Below are positions 6,812 through 18,718 of a stretch of DNA of 64,000 nucleotides, piece after piece. Position 1 is the stretch's first letter. Each line of letters begins with the position of its first letter. The DNA is taken from IMG/VR virus record IMGVR_UViG_3300005259_000041. One strand, 5' to 3'. A program made the position numbers and the translations under genes. The DNA is from an uncultured virus (IMG/VR IMGVR_UViG_3300005259_000041) (lineage: Duplodnaviria > Heunggongvirae > Uroviricota > Caudoviricetes). The notes beneath the pieces are model-generated. The model saw only the letters and a program-made list of their open reading frames with translations, was not told the DNA's origin and did no database searches.

Positions 6812-7278
6812 ATGGCTTTATATAAGAACGTTTCAAAAATGGCGCTGAATATCAGGACCCCTAAGGCAAAGTCGTTTGCGCCCGGCGAGGTGTTTGACCT
6901 CGATGTGGTGTTTGCTGGGATGAAGCTAGCGGGGACCGACTTGGAGCGCTATATGCACAAGGGGCTATTTGTTTCTGTTTCCCCTGCAGCTCAAGTAACG
7001 AAGACGGCNNNNNNNNNNNNAAGTCTGTTATGGGTACGGTTGAGAAGATGAGCAATGCAGCGGCAACTGTTAAGCCCCCGGAGGACATTCCCGAGGCACC
7101 CGGGCAGGATGAAACGGTAGATGGGTTCACGCCGACTCCTGGGCTTAATCTTCCGCCAGATGTTTTGGCTAAGATTGAGCAGGTCAAGCAGGTTGTGTCT
7201 GGTGAGGTTCCTGCGCCTAAGGTCGAGACTAAGAAAAAGAGCGCTCCGAAGACAGCTAAAAAGACCAGCAAGAAGTAA
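6812..7278 (+). CDS. hypothetical protein (probably one gene across N-gap 7009-7020)
   Basis: AGGAGG RBS; ORF pieces 6812-7051 and 7030-7278; Lys-rich tail. Confidence 0.55.
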
Positions 7279-7298
7279 GGCCGCGCCTCTAGGAGGCT

Positions 7299-8171
7299 GT
7301 GGTGGCAATTAGAATTGAAGCTAAAGACCCCATTACTATGGAGTCTGCTCCAGTTAAGAACGCTAAACTGGGGGCTCATTGTAATCTGTCGAATGATTAT
7401 GTAACTATCACACAGGATGGCGGGTGTTGTCCGGGGTCGTCTGGGAGAGATCACCAGATTCCAGGCACTACCCGCCAAGCCGTGTGCTCTTCCTGTGGGA
7501 CCTCATATCCAGTAGAGAGGTCCAGAACTACAGGGGGGTTTAGCACTGTCTCTTGTCCATCTTGTGGTACTGCAGCCGGTTATGTCGGCGATGGGGGAAC
7601 CTGTCAATGGTATACCTGTGGCGGCTCCAACTGTTGCTCTAAGAGCACCTGTCCCACTAAGCGTGTAATTGATGAGTGCGAATTAGAGATTCTGAATGAT
7701 CTCATTTGCCAAATGCGGGCAGAGCTTAAAGATTCCAATACTTCCTGCTATGCTTTTTCTGCTGCTGAGCTGTCTGCTTTCTTAGATGCGGCTCTTTCTG
7801 AGTTTAATGGTACCCCGACCTTCACTAACTTTACATGGAAAACCATTGACTTGAGAAGGTTTAGGTTTATCATAGTTGAAGGTTCTGTCTTGTTAGCTTT
7901 GGGGGCACAGGTCTTAATCGAGGCTGGAAGAGAATTTACTATTACCGATAATGGTATCAATTTTAATCCTGCGCAAGTGTCGTCAGCTCTACAGAATCAA
8001 TTTACAGCTCGTTTTACTCAATATAAAAACGATTTGCTTTTTATCAAAGACCACTTCCGTGCGTCTCCCGCAGCTGTTCTGAACTACCAGAGCTTGCTAG
8101 TCAACGATGGAATACTTGGAAACCCAGCTATTGCTCGTTTGAGACATCTGCGCCAGCGCCGTATTTTCTAA
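7299..8171 (+). CDS. putative head-tail/neck protein with Cys-rich Zn-ribbon N-terminus
   Basis: AGGAGG + GTG start; CxxC pairs; helical C-terminal domain; position before structural genes. Confidence 0.5.
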   Translation: MVAIRIEAKDPITMESAPVKNAKLGAHCNLSNDYVTITQDGGCCPGSSGRDHQIPGTTRQAVCSSCGTSYPVERSRTTGGFSTVSCPSCGTAAGYVGDGGTCQWYTCGGSNCCSKSTCPTKRVIDECELEILNDLICQMRAELKDSNTSCYAFSAAELSAFLDAALSEFNGTPTFTNFTWKTIDLRRFRFIIVEGSVLLALGAQVLIEAGREFTITDNGINFNPAQVSSALQNQFTARFTQYKNDLLFIKDHFRASPAAVLNYQSLLVNDGILGNPAIARLRHLRQRRIF

Positions 8172-8187
8172 TCTAAGGAGAAGAATC

Positions 8188-8786
8188 ATGGCTATTAAGG
8201 TTATTGCTAAAAAACTTACTGGGAAAGCACGGAAGAAGCTGCCCGGCTCATCTTTTGCGATTCCAGCTTCTCATCCCAAGAACAAAGGCAAGAAGGATAA
8301 GTTCCCCATTAATGATGAGTCTCATGCGCGGAATGCGATTAGTCGTGCTAATCAATTTTCCACTTCTCCAGATTGGTGGAGCGGTTCAGCTCAAGAGCTA
8401 GTCAACACCATCACTAGGGCGGTGAAGGGTAAGTTCCCCAAGATTGAGATTTCGGAAGAAGCAAAGAAGAAAAAGAAAGCTGATTTGTCCGATATTCTTG
8501 ATTTAATCGTTACCGCCGCCGACGAGCTTGATGGTCTGGGGCTAACCAAAGAGGGCACTATATTAGATAACGTTGCGCGTATTTTGGTGGCCACTGAGCC
8601 ACTGAAGGTCCAACCCCCAGCGCCGACNNNNNNNNNNNNNNNGCGCCGGCTGGCGATAAAAAACCAACTGACGCAAATGCTCCTAAGAAAACACCTTCGT
8701 TAACGACAACTAAGCCTGGAGAGACGGCTAAGCCTGCGGAAGAAACCGCTTCTACAGCGACGCCCGCAGAAAAGCCAACAGTGTAA
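8188..8786 (+). CDS. DUF6582-like phage protein (spans N-gap 8628-8642)
   Basis: RKKLPGSSFAIP...KFPINDESHARNAISRA motif; end uncertain because of the gap. Confidence 0.55.
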
Positions 8787-9262
8787 TGGATAGACGTAGA
8801 GGAGTTAGAATCATATCTCCAGCTTACGTCAGTTCATATCAGAAGAAGGCTTTGGCTAAATCTGTACAACCTGAGCCCAAAACAGAAAAGGCCACTCGGA
8901 AAAAGAAATATAAGAGCCAAGATAAGCTGAAAAAACTGTTGGAGCAAATTTTCAAAAGGCCGGCCAAAGAGGAGCAGACATTTGACTGGTTATTGAGTCC
9001 TCGCGGAGCCAAGTTGCGTGTGGACATATATTTTCCAGAGCTTAAGTTGGCGATAGAATACCATGGAAAGCAGCATTCATATTATCCAAATGCTTTTCAT
9101 AAAACAGCAGAAGATTTTAGATATGCCAATATGTGTGATATGTGGAAAAAGGCTCAACTGAAATATCATGGTATTCAGTTGGTTGAGTTTTCATATAAGG
9201 ATAAATTAACACTGGATGTAGTAAAACGTCGCTTGATTGGGAGTGGCGTTTTGATGTATTAA
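8786..9262 (+). CDS. PD-(D/E)xK / Vsr-DUF559-like endonuclease
   Basis: LRVDIYFPELKLAIEYHGKQH...D..KK motif. Confidence 0.75.
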   Translation: MDRRRGVRIISPAYVSSYQKKALAKSVQPEPKTEKATRKKKYKSQDKLKKLLEQIFKRPAKEEQTFDWLLSPRGAKLRVDIYFPELKLAIEYHGKQHSYYPNAFHKTAEDFRYANMCDMWKKAQLKYHGIQLVEFSYKDKLTLDVVKRRLIGSGVLMY

Positions 9263-9293
9263 TTATATCTCATGTTGTGTCGTCGGGAGAGTT

Positions 9294-12200
9294 ATGACTC
9301 GTGTTAGAATAGATACGGCTAAACCGTCTGCCACACCAAGTTGCCATGGACATAAGCCTACGTGTCCGACACCTCCGACAGAAGACACAATATTTAAGTT
9401 CATAGCGCCCCTGCACCGAGAGGGGTCCACCGTTACCATCACCCAAGCGGACGGTCACGTTGACGGTTATTTGTTGTCAGCGGACTGGATATTCTTTTAT
9501 AATAAAGAACCTGGTGTTCGTCTTGGTGTCATGTCGCAATATTATCGTGGCGATAAGACGTGGCAGACGCTTGACACCGCCGCCGTTCCAGAAAACACTA
9601 ATCTATATTACACGGAAGCGAGGGTTTCAGCCAGATTAGCCAATCTTTTAAGTAGCGCTAGTACCTGGACTGACACTCAAACATTTTCTGGCGGTATTAT
9701 AACTTCGTCTTTACAGTTAACTACGTCTCCAGGTGTAGGCTATGCTCTTATTAGCGATGCGGATGGAGTGGCCACCTGGCAAGATGTTTCTTCTGTGGCC
9801 GGGCCATGGACATACAGTGGCGCTTCTGATTATTATCTATATCCAGATGATTATACCAATGCTAAACTTGGAATAGGTACTAACGCTCCAGAGTTTAGGG
9901 CGCACATAGTCAGCGCTGGTGCGGATAATACAAATCACAAACCCATAGATGTATTAGCCATAGAGATAAATAATCCAACATCTCAGTCAGAGGTTGGTAT
10001 TTGGGGTTATGGACCAGGTTTGGTGTTTTTAGATGGTGGTGGCCCAGGTTATGATCCAGCCCCTCCTAGGTATTTAGCCAGAGTCGCGGGCGTATATGAA
10101 ACAGCAATAACCGGCATCAGCTATGGAGGATTGTCTTTTTATGTCAATCCAGACACTGGTGTTGATAGCGACACCCTAGTCGAAAGTATGCGCATCGACC
10201 ATAATGGCAATGTCGGTATTGGCACTACCACACCGGCGGCAAAGCTAGATGTAGTCGGAGATATAAATGCCTCTAGCTCCGTGACGGCTTCATCTTTTAT
10301 TGGGCCAGCCACCGCTTTGCAATCTGCCACAACGTCTGTGGACGTCTCAGCTGCACCGGAACCGAAAGTTGGACAACTGTTAGCGGCCACCTCATCGACG
10401 ACTGCGACTTGGCAAGATGCGACTGATGTACTCGCCCTTCCAGGTGGCGACGGACAAATCCAATACAACGATGGCGGCAGCCTTGCTGGCTCTCCAAATT
10501 TAACCTGGAGTGACCCCACCAGCACAGACGGCACATTGACGGTGAAGAATAGCGTTGCGCTTAAGATGGCTAAGTTCACCGCCATAGCCCAGCCGTCTTG
10601 GACCGCTGGCACGTTGTACTATGATAACGTAGAAAATACTTTGTCTTTTATGTCAGATGTTAATGGGTTGCGATTTAACCTTGGATACGATACACACATT
10701 AGAGTTTATAATGCAGGCGCGACCCTCTTTGCTGGCAAAGTCGTTTATATCTCAGGAATGGTGGGTCAAATTCCTCAGGTTACACTGGCGCAGGCCAATG
10801 GCAGGGCAACAGCATTTCCAGTTGGCATTATGGTTACTACGGTTACCAATGGTAATTATGGATATGTGCAGGTATATGGCCCATGCATTGGCCTTCTTAA
10901 TACGTCAACCTTCACCGTGGGCGACCCAGTGTATTTGTCAGCCGCCACCGCAGGCGGCATCACCAACACTAAGCCAGTAGAACCGAATTATGCGGTGTCT
11001 ATAGGCACGGTCACTTCAGTCGCAGCCCTTGGGGATATTTTTATTTCCAATATCTATCCAGCTACAGATTCCTCTGATATAGCAGATTGGAATACTGCAT
11101 TGGGGTCTTGGTTCGCAGATAAAACAACAGATGATTTGACCGAGGGCTCTACTAATTTATATAGTCAGTGGGCAGACGTTGACACCCCGTTCACAGGTAT
11201 CTCGTATACCGGTGGGCTTGTTGGTATTGGGAAAGTAGACCCGCAAGAACTATTAGATATTTATGCTGCAGCGGCTGGATACGCTCTAGTGAGAGCCGAC
11301 GGAGACGTCGCTGCTGTTGAACGTGGTTTTGTGTGGGCCGATGATGGAACTAACTCCTGGGAACATTATATTTGGGAAAATGAATCTGGCAAGTTTTTAT
11401 ATACTTATAATTATATCTCCGATAAAGACCTTGAAGTCATTTCTGAAGATGGTCGGTTTGGGTTAAACAAAGCTAGTAATGAAATGAACTATCATAATCA
11501 TTTTATCCCTAGCTCTCCACCCCAGGGTCTTGACGACATGGTAGTGTCTGGGTTGTTCAATCGTGAAATCCCGATGTGGTTTGAGGTTAAAATATCTACG
11601 GCATCCGACCCAGATAAATTTATATGGCGGTCTTCTATAGACAATATCAATTGGTCAGCATGGAGTGATGAAATTCCAATGTCCACCACTCCAGAGCTAA
11701 TGGANNNNNNNNNNNNNNNNNNNNTTTTGTGGGCTTCCCACAGCTTCCGCTAGCCACGTTTTCCATTACTCCTGGCTCATTTGATGAGGTTCAATATCTT
11801 GCAACAGATGGCGTTTCTTTTACCGATTTGACATATCTTGCCAATGCCTATGAAGCAGAGGCATTTTCTACTTTAACTACAACCGGCGCCTCAGCCGATT
11901 ATTTATATTTTGCGAAATTTTCCACCTTTAATACAATATCCATTGCCGTATCCACCCGCGCTGTTGGCACGGATTTAACGCTGGAAATTTCTTATTGGAA
12001 TGGGTCGTCCTGGGTGGAAATTAACACACAATCAAATGCTTTGTCTGATGGGACATTAAATCTAACTAGGTTAGGCACGATTACGTGGGATAGAAGTACC
12101 ATGTCAGATTGGGTGACTGGGCACTTTGCGGGATACACTGAAGATTACTATTGGGTGCGAATGAGATATTCCGCTGGCACAATAACCACCGTCCCGGTCA

Positions 12201-13039
12201 TGTCATTGGTTAAGTCCCACCCCTCTGCTGTGATTGCTTCTTATGCTGGACCGTTTGATGTTGTCCCGTCGTTTAGTGTCTCTGGTGTGGGTAGGGGAGT
12301 TTTTGGCATTAATACCAAGTCCTATCCGTCGTCTTTCCCAACTGGGGTCCCAAAGGTAATTATAGTTCAGGAAGACGGTTTAAGACCTGGATTATATATA
12401 GATGGGGCTATAAATCAACCGGGCAACTTAGCAGAATTTAAAGACAACGCCGCGACGGATGGCGCCATTCTCGCTTATGATGGAGCGCTATCTTTCATTG
12501 GAACGGCTAGGAAGCTTAAATCTGTACAGAAAAATGCATATGCAGATGGCGTTGGATATGCTGTGACTATTAGTGGAAATGCTTATGCGGCTGCAGTAAG
12601 CGCAACTTTGGGACCCATATATTTTCACACTCTTAGGAATTCGGTAACCGGTACGGACGTAGGAGACGCAGTGGCGTTTCAGTGGGTTACTCCTAGCGAC
12701 AGGGTGTCTGAATCAAATATTAAGATTAGAGTATATTGGATGCCGGCGGATAACGTTGGTGGCAATGTTGTTCTCGTGTCTGGGGAAAGGCACACTGTAG
12801 CTGGAAGCTCTTATGTCCAGGCCACCACAGCTGGGAGCACAGCGACTGTAGCTGCTGGTACGACACAATATGGGTTGAATATAACCGACTTAACTATCAC
12901 TGGAACCGGAATAGGCGTTAAATGTCCTATAGAACTTATTGTTGCGCGAAACGGCGAAAGCGGGTCAGACACTTATGCTAATGACATCTATGTATCGGAC
13001 ATAGAAATCCTGTATCTTAGCGACAGGTTTGGGGAATAA
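9294..13039 (+). CDS. large tail/head fibre protein (probably one gene across N-gap 11705-11724)
   Basis: AVPENTNLYYT and TTDDLTEGSTNLY repeats, GNVGIGTTTPAAKLDV motif; ORFs 9294-11753 and 11729-13039. Confidence 0.6.
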
Positions 13040-13042
13040 ACT

Positions 13043-16000
13043 ATGACAGAATCAATTCATTCGCTAAATCAAAAACGGGCCACTTTCATATTTGCTTCAG
13101 CCCCAACGGCTAATCATGATTCCGCAGACACCGTGGGAATCGGTATTACTTTTGGGGCGGGGGACATCTGGCTTAATACGACTGGATCTAGGTCTTATTA
13201 TATATGCGTAGACGATACCCCCACGGTGGCCGTTTGGCGCGAATTGGTGCCAACTACTGGAGTGTCATCTCCTCTGGTTTTGGGGTCTAATACGATTACA
13301 ACAACGGGGCTTATTACCGGCGAAGTGCCCATCAATGTCGGCACATATGGCCTTTTAACTTATACCGACCACCATGACGGTACTCTTACCTATGCTGCCT
13401 CCGAAGGGCATTTTAAAACTAATGCCTATGGGACTGGTATCATTGTAAAATTAACTGTTCCAGAGAAAAAGTTAACTCCCACCGACGAAACAGTTAATTA
13501 TGTTTATGCTGCTTATAATTCTGGGGTCCCAGAATATCGAATTAATACTGATAAATCTCTTGTCCATGATTCCGACACGTATCTTATCGGGGTGGTTTAT
13601 CGTGAAGATACGAGATTGCGGGTGAAAAATTTTAGCATTCTCGGTTCTAATATGACCAACCGAATGAATATGAGAATGCTGTTGACAGATGAAAGATTTA
13701 TTCGTGAGTCTGGATTAGGTATTACCGAAACGTCAGATGGAGTCACGAGTATTACGGTGTCTGCAGGTGGTAGTGGATATACCACTACACCAAACGTGGT
13801 TATTGCGGACCCAGTGTCAGGCACAACAGCTACGGCTGTAGCGGTCTTATCTGGCGATGCAGTAGATTATATAGACATCACCAACATGGGATCTGGTTAT
13901 GTAGCTGGTAGCACTCCATCGGTCACTATAGACCCGCCTGGCACTGGCGTTCAGGCCACGGCAGATTCTTATGTTGGTCGCGGTGTTAATCTAGCTAGCG
14001 GTGTGGGTTGGGTCGCAGCGGACAGGGTTACTTTTGCGCCGTGTTATTCTGGTATTACATCTGGCTCTAATGCAACTCTTTTGGAGTTTTGGTATCATGA
14101 CGCTGGCGGTAATTGGGTATCGGAGTACACAACTATATTCAATAACACTCAATATGATGACCCGGCTACTGGACTGCAAAGCTTAGCCGGCGGAGAATAC
14201 GGTGTTGTTTGGATTTTTAGGGAAATGTCAGCTCAGATTCCGCCAGAAATATTTATGGTACTTGGCAATGACTCATATTTGTCTTCGGGCGCCGCAGAAG
14301 CCGCAGCTGTGCCCTCATTGCCGCCAGTTTTGCCTGACATGGCAGTACTAGTTGGAAGAATAGTTATTAAAAAAAGCGAACACACGGCCACCTCTATCGT
14401 CTCCTCATTTGTTACTACGCTGGCAACCTCTGGCGCCGCATCAGATCACTCCAGCCTAACCCATTTAGACTATGTCTCGGCTGGGCACACGGGTTTTGCT
14501 GGCACAAACGTGGCCAACACATTTGCTATTGGACAAAACATTAACTCCAACGCAGTTGGCAATACCCCACTTACAGTAAAGGGGTGGAGCGGTCAAACTG
14601 CTCCATTAATAAATGCAACAGACAGTTCTGACGCTACTAAGGTCGCAGCTTATGCTGATGGCACTTTGGATGCCGTTAAAGTTGGCATTCTTGAGGGTGG
14701 AACCACCCCTACCTATTATCACTATTTTCAAGGTGGAGATTTAAGCGGAGCGGACGTTACTTATACTTTACCCGTTGCTCTGCCAGCGGGCAATGGTTAT
14801 GTTTTGGCGTCGACGACTGGCGGTGTGATGTCATGGATTCCTGCGGGCGTTGGGACAGTCACTAGTGTTGGACTCGCTCTGCCAGCAGAATTTACTGTAA
14901 CCAATTCGCCCGTGACGGGAAATGGCTCTCTTACGGGAGCCTGGGCAGCTCAAGATATTAATAAGGTGTTTGCTTCGCCTGCTACTGGAACACCAGGGGT
15001 GCCTGGCTTTAGAGCCCTGGTAGCTAATGATATTCCTAGCCTTTCCTATGAACCGGCAAATGCCTTATTAACAGCAATAAGTGGGCTGTCCTCCGCAGGG
15101 ATATTGGTTAGATTAACCGCCTCTAGTGCCATAGCCCGTAGTATTCAGGGCACGACTGATGTAATTGCTGTATCGAACGGCGATGGGGTGGCTAGCAATC
15201 CAATTATTAATATTGCTAGCACATACGTTGGTCAAACATCTATTACCACATTGGGTACGATTACAACTGGTACATGGAGTGGTGGGGCTATTTCAGCATC
15301 TAAGGGCGGAACGGGCGTAGACTCTAGTGGCTACACTGGTATTATGAAAGTGACCTCTGGCACCTGGAGCACGGCCACTGCAGATTCTGATTATGTGACG
15401 CCAAGCGGTAGTGTCACATTGACTAACAAGTCATTGGGTGATTCTACCACTTTCTTTACAAACGTAACAAAACCGACCAAGAGGATGAAGTTCCAGCTTT
15501 CTAGTATTACGGAGAATAATACTAGGACGTTAACTATCCAAGATGCAGATGGCACCGTTGCTTTGCTTGGAGACCTTGCCGGTTATCAGCCTGCGAATTC
15601 AGATTTGACTGCAATTGCAGCCTTAAGTACTACTGGTTTTATTACCCGTACGGCAGCGGGGTCCATGGCCACTCGAACTATCGGGGGCACGACCTCACGC
15701 ATCGCCGTTACCTATGGCGATGGGGTCGCCGCAGCGCCCATTATAGACATCGATAGCAGTTACGCCGGCCAGAACACTATTACCACTGTCGGTACGGTCG
15801 GTACGGGCGTGTGGCAGGGCACTTCCATTAAGGCTAATTATTTGCAGGCTTCCCCAGCCGATCTTGGTGATGCTGATGTTACTGTAGACCTCTCCAACAG
15901 CCACTCTGGTAGGGTAACAAATCTCACTATGGATGGCGATGTTACTGCATTAGGAGTGAAGTTAATCTCCACTTCTTATTCTACTTTAATTCAGTCGGGT

Positions 16001-17908
16001 TCTCTTTCTGGTAACCTTACGTTTACCCTTCCTGCGTCGGCGGGGACATCTGGACAGGTTCTCACCACAGATGGAAACAGTCCAGCCACTCTTAGCTGGA
16101 CTAACGGGGGTACCTCTGGAACCTCTGGCCTCAATGGCACGTCTGGTGAAAATGGAACGTCTGGTCTAAACGGGACCTCTGGATCTTCTGGTACGAGCGG
16201 TACCACCGGCTCCTCTGGAACCACTGGTAGCAGTGGGTCGTCAGGGACCTCTGGCTCTAGTGGTACCTCTGGTTCTAGTGGTTCATCAGGCACCTCTGGT
16301 GAAAATGGGACATCCGGCTCCGATGGATCGTCTGGCACTTCGGGTTCTTCTGGGACCTCTGGTGAGTCTGGCACATCTGGGTCGTCTGGGACTTCTGGCT
16401 CCTCTGGCACTTCGGGTTCTTCGGGGACCTCTGGTGAGTCTGGCACATCTGGGTCGTCTGGCACGACAGGTTCAGCTGGTACATCTGGAACGGATGGGTT
16501 TGTCGGTTCCTCTGGCTCGGCTGGTACTTCTGGAAGCTCTGGAACGTCTGGCTCCGCAGGGACTAGCGGAGTTGGCACCTCTGGCACCACTGGCTCAGCT
16601 GGCACTTCTGGCACAGATGGAGCAGCAGGTTCTTCTGGTACCTCCGGTCTCAATGGCACGTCTGGCGTAAATGGTACGTCTGGTGTTAATGGAACCTCTG
16701 GCACGAGTGGATACTCTGGGACTGCTGGAGAGGCTGGTACCTCAGGCTCCTCTGGTTCCTCGGGTACTTCTGGCTCTTCAGGTACCACAGGATTTTCTGG
16801 TACTACTGGGTTATCTGGAACATCGGGGACGTCGGCGAACAATGGGACTTCTGGGTCCTCTGGTACAACCGGCTCTTCTGGCACAACGGGGTCTAGTGGA
16901 ACGACTGGCTCTTCGGGAACATCTGGGAGTGGAGGTTCTTCTGGTACGTCTGGGTCCGGTGGTTCTTCAGGCACATCTGGAATTAATGGTACATCTGGAA
17001 TTAATGGCACATCTGGCTCTGGTGGTTCCTCTGGCACGACCGGCAGCGCCGGTACATCTGGTTCGGGTGGTTCGTCAGGTACATCTGGCTCTGGCGGTTC
17101 CTCTGGCACTACCGGCAGCGCCGGTACATCTGGCTCTGGTGGTTCCTCTGGCACGACCGGCAGCGCCGGTACATCTGGCAGTGGAGGTTCCTCTGGGACA
17201 TCCGGCTCTGGTGGTTCCTCTGGCACCACCGGTTCGGCGGGCACTTCTGGTTCTGGCGGTTCCTCTGGTACAGCTGGCAGCGCTGGTACTTCTGGAAGCG
17301 GGGGCTCCTCTGGAACGTCTGGTATTAATGGGACTTCGGGTGTAAATGGTACCTCTGGAGTTAATGGTACTTCTGGAATAAGTGGGACCTCTGGCACTGC
17401 GGGGTCTGCGGGTTCTTCTGGCACCTCTGGCGCGGGTTCTTCTGGCACCTCTGGTTCCTCTGGTACAACAGGTTCTGCTGGTACGGCCGGATCTTCGGGA
17501 ACGTCTGGGGCGGGGTTAACAGTCAATTCTAAAGTGGTTACAGACGGCACTGCTACCGATGTGGTGTATATTTCTTTATCGGCTGCAGAGATGTGTGGCG
17601 GTATTATTCAATTTAATATTCAGGTAACAGATGGAACGGATTTCCAATCTCACACGGGAGAAGTGACATTTGCCGCTGTACGCAAAGTGAACACAGTAAC
17701 TTCAGAAATTTTGGAGTTGAGGCAGTCTGAAAGCTATGCCGCTTCGTCTGGCACACTAACTGACGTCTGGACGGTAGTTGCAGATACGGGTAACAATAGG
17801 ATTAAGATACAGTTGAATGCTAATACTAGTTTGGTAGCCTCAGCTAACTATCCGGTAGTAAAATACTCTGTCGCTGAGTTTACTGGTAAAACCATAACCC
17901 CTCAGTAA
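13043..17908 (+). CDS. fibre protein (1621 aa) with Ser/Thr collagen-like (Gly-X-Y)n region
   Basis: Fibre-like repeats (GGSGY, YxGQxxITTxGT) and a ~470 aa G-T-S/G-S-S tract before a compact C-terminal domain. Confidence 0.8.
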   Translation: MTESIHSLNQKRATFIFASAPTANHDSADTVGIGITFGAGDIWLNTTGSRSYYICVDDTPTVAVWRELVPTTGVSSPLVLGSNTITTTGLITGEVPINVGTYGLLTYTDHHDGTLTYAASEGHFKTNAYGTGIIVKLTVPEKKLTPTDETVNYVYAAYNSGVPEYRINTDKSLVHDSDTYLIGVVYREDTRLRVKNFSILGSNMTNRMNMRMLLTDERFIRESGLGITETSDGVTSITVSAGGSGYTTTPNVVIADPVSGTTATAVAVLSGDAVDYIDITNMGSGYVAGSTPSVTIDPPGTGVQATADSYVGRGVNLASGVGWVAADRVTFAPCYSGITSGSNATLLEFWYHDAGGNWVSEYTTIFNNTQYDDPATGLQSLAGGEYGVVWIFREMSAQIPPEIFMVLGNDSYLSSGAAEAAAVPSLPPVLPDMAVLVGRIVIKKSEHTATSIVSSFVTTLATSGAASDHSSLTHLDYVSAGHTGFAGTNVANTFAIGQNINSNAVGNTPLTVKGWSGQTAPLINATDSSDATKVAAYADGTLDAVKVGILEGGTTPTYYHYFQGGDLSGADVTYTLPVALPAGNGYVLASTTGGVMSWIPAGVGTVTSVGLALPAEFTVTNSPVTGNGSLTGAWAAQDINKVFASPATGTPGVPGFRALVANDIPSLSYEPANALLTAISGLSSAGILVRLTASSAIARSIQGTTDVIAVSNGDGVASNPIINIASTYVGQTSITTLGTITTGTWSGGAISASKGGTGVDSSGYTGIMKVTSGTWSTATADSDYVTPSGSVTLTNKSLGDSTTFFTNVTKPTKRMKFQLSSITENNTRTLTIQDADGTVALLGDLAGYQPANSDLTAIAALSTTGFITRTAAGSMATRTIGGTTSRIAVTYGDGVAAAPIIDIDSSYAGQNTITTVGTVGTGVWQGTSIKANYLQASPADLGDADVTVDLSNSHSGRVTNLTMDGDVTALGVKLISTSYSTLIQSGSLSGNLTFTLPASAGTSGQVLTTDGNSPATLSWTNGGTSGTSGLNGTSGENGTSGLNGTSGSSGTSGTTGSSGTTGSSGSSGTSGSSGTSGSSGSSGTSGENGTSGSDGSSGTSGSSGTSGESGTSGSSGTSGSSGTSGSSGTSGESGTSGSSGTTGSAGTSGTDGFVGSSGSAGTSGSSGTSGSAGTSGVGTSGTTGSAGTSGTDGAAGSSGTSGLNGTSGVNGTSGVNGTSGTSGYSGTAGEAGTSGSSGSSGTSGSSGTTGFSGTTGLSGTSGTSANNGTSGSSGTTGSSGTTGSSGTTGSSGTSGSGGSSGTSGSGGSSGTSGINGTSGINGTSGSGGSSGTTGSAGTSGSGGSSGTSGSGGSSGTTGSAGTSGSGGSSGTTGSAGTSGSGGSSGTSGSGGSSGTTGSAGTSGSGGSSGTAGSAGTSGSGGSSGTSGINGTSGVNGTSGVNGTSGISGTSGTAGSAGSSGTSGAGSSGTSGSSGTTGSAGTAGSSGTSGAGLTVNSKVVTDGTATDVVYISLSAAEMCGGIIQFNIQVTDGTDFQSHTGEVTFAAVRKVNTVTSEILELRQSESYAASSGTLTDVWTVVADTGNNRIKIQLNANTSLVASANYPVVKYSVAEFTGKTITPQ
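16106..17515 (+). repeat. coding triplet repeat (G-T-S/G-S-S)n
   Basis: 9-nt periodicity with synonymous divergence. Confidence 0.9.
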
Positions 17909-17917
17909 GGTGATAAA

Positions 17918-18709
17918 TTGGGAAGCGCGCTAAGTAATTTAATATCTGGCGGATTTGGCGTTGAATATGGTCTGCCATTCATTGAGCACCCTGGTCTGTT
18001 CCAGGGGATGACCTGTTGGCACTATACCGGCACAACAACTACAGTCGGAGCCGCCCACGGATACGTTGTAACCGGGACCGGAGCAACTGTTGGTCATCCC
18101 GCCCCGACTGCTGGAATAGACACACAATGTCGTAGAACGGTTTATACTTCTGCCAGTTCTACGAATGCTGTAGCTGGAGAATATGTTTCCTCTACTACGC
18201 AGAATTGGGTATGGAGGGGAAACGCTGCCGGTCTGGGCGGATTTGTGTATGCCTGTAGATTTACTCAGGTCACTGATCTCGCAGCAACACGTATGTTTGT
18301 GGGGCTCACCACGTTAACTGGAGCAACCACAATGGTGGCGACTGCGAACCCGTCTGCCGCTTCTGCTAATTTCATAGGCGTTGGTTTTAATACTGGTGAT
18401 TCCACCAATCTTCGAGTAATGTGGAAGGACGGTTCTACATATGGAGACGCTGACATTGCCAGTGGCGCAGCTCGCGCATCTGGCGCCAATCTTTATGATC
18501 TTTATATTTATGCCTTCCCAAATGATAGTCGAATTTATTTAACACTGTATAATGTTTACTCTCAAACTGTTGCTGTCGCTGAGACGGCCTATTCCACTAA
18601 CATTCCGAGTAATACATCATTTATGGGGCCGGTATGTCTTGTCGGCGCCGCTTCTGCTGGCGTTGTGGCGATAGGCATGTGTCGAACTGTTATAATTACA
18701 CCATATTAA
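17918..18709 (+). CDS. putative virion tip/receptor-binding protein, paralog 1
   Basis: TQCRRTV, WRGNAAGLGGF, TRMFVGL, MWKDGSTYGDADIAS shared with neighbours; TTG start. Confidence 0.6.
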   Translation: MGSALSNLISGGFGVEYGLPFIEHPGLFQGMTCWHYTGTTTTVGAAHGYVVTGTGATVGHPAPTAGIDTQCRRTVYTSASSTNAVAGEYVSSTTQNWVWRGNAAGLGGFVYACRFTQVTDLAATRMFVGLTTLTGATTMVATANPSAASANFIGVGFNTGDSTNLRVMWKDGSTYGDADIASGAARASGANLYDLYIYAFPNDSRIYLTLYNVYSQTVAVAETAYSTNIPSNTSFMGPVCLVGAASAGVVAIGMCRTVIITPY

Positions 18710-18718
18710 GAGGTATAT

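Noticed and set aside
16106..17515. CRISPR array or DGR-like repeats
   Set aside because: Degenerate coding repeat with no unique spacers; no cas or reverse transcriptase gene in the window
15991..17550. 519-aa minus-strand Pro/Glu/Val ORF and alternate-frame ORFs
   Set aside because: Shadows of the (G-T-S)n codon repeat
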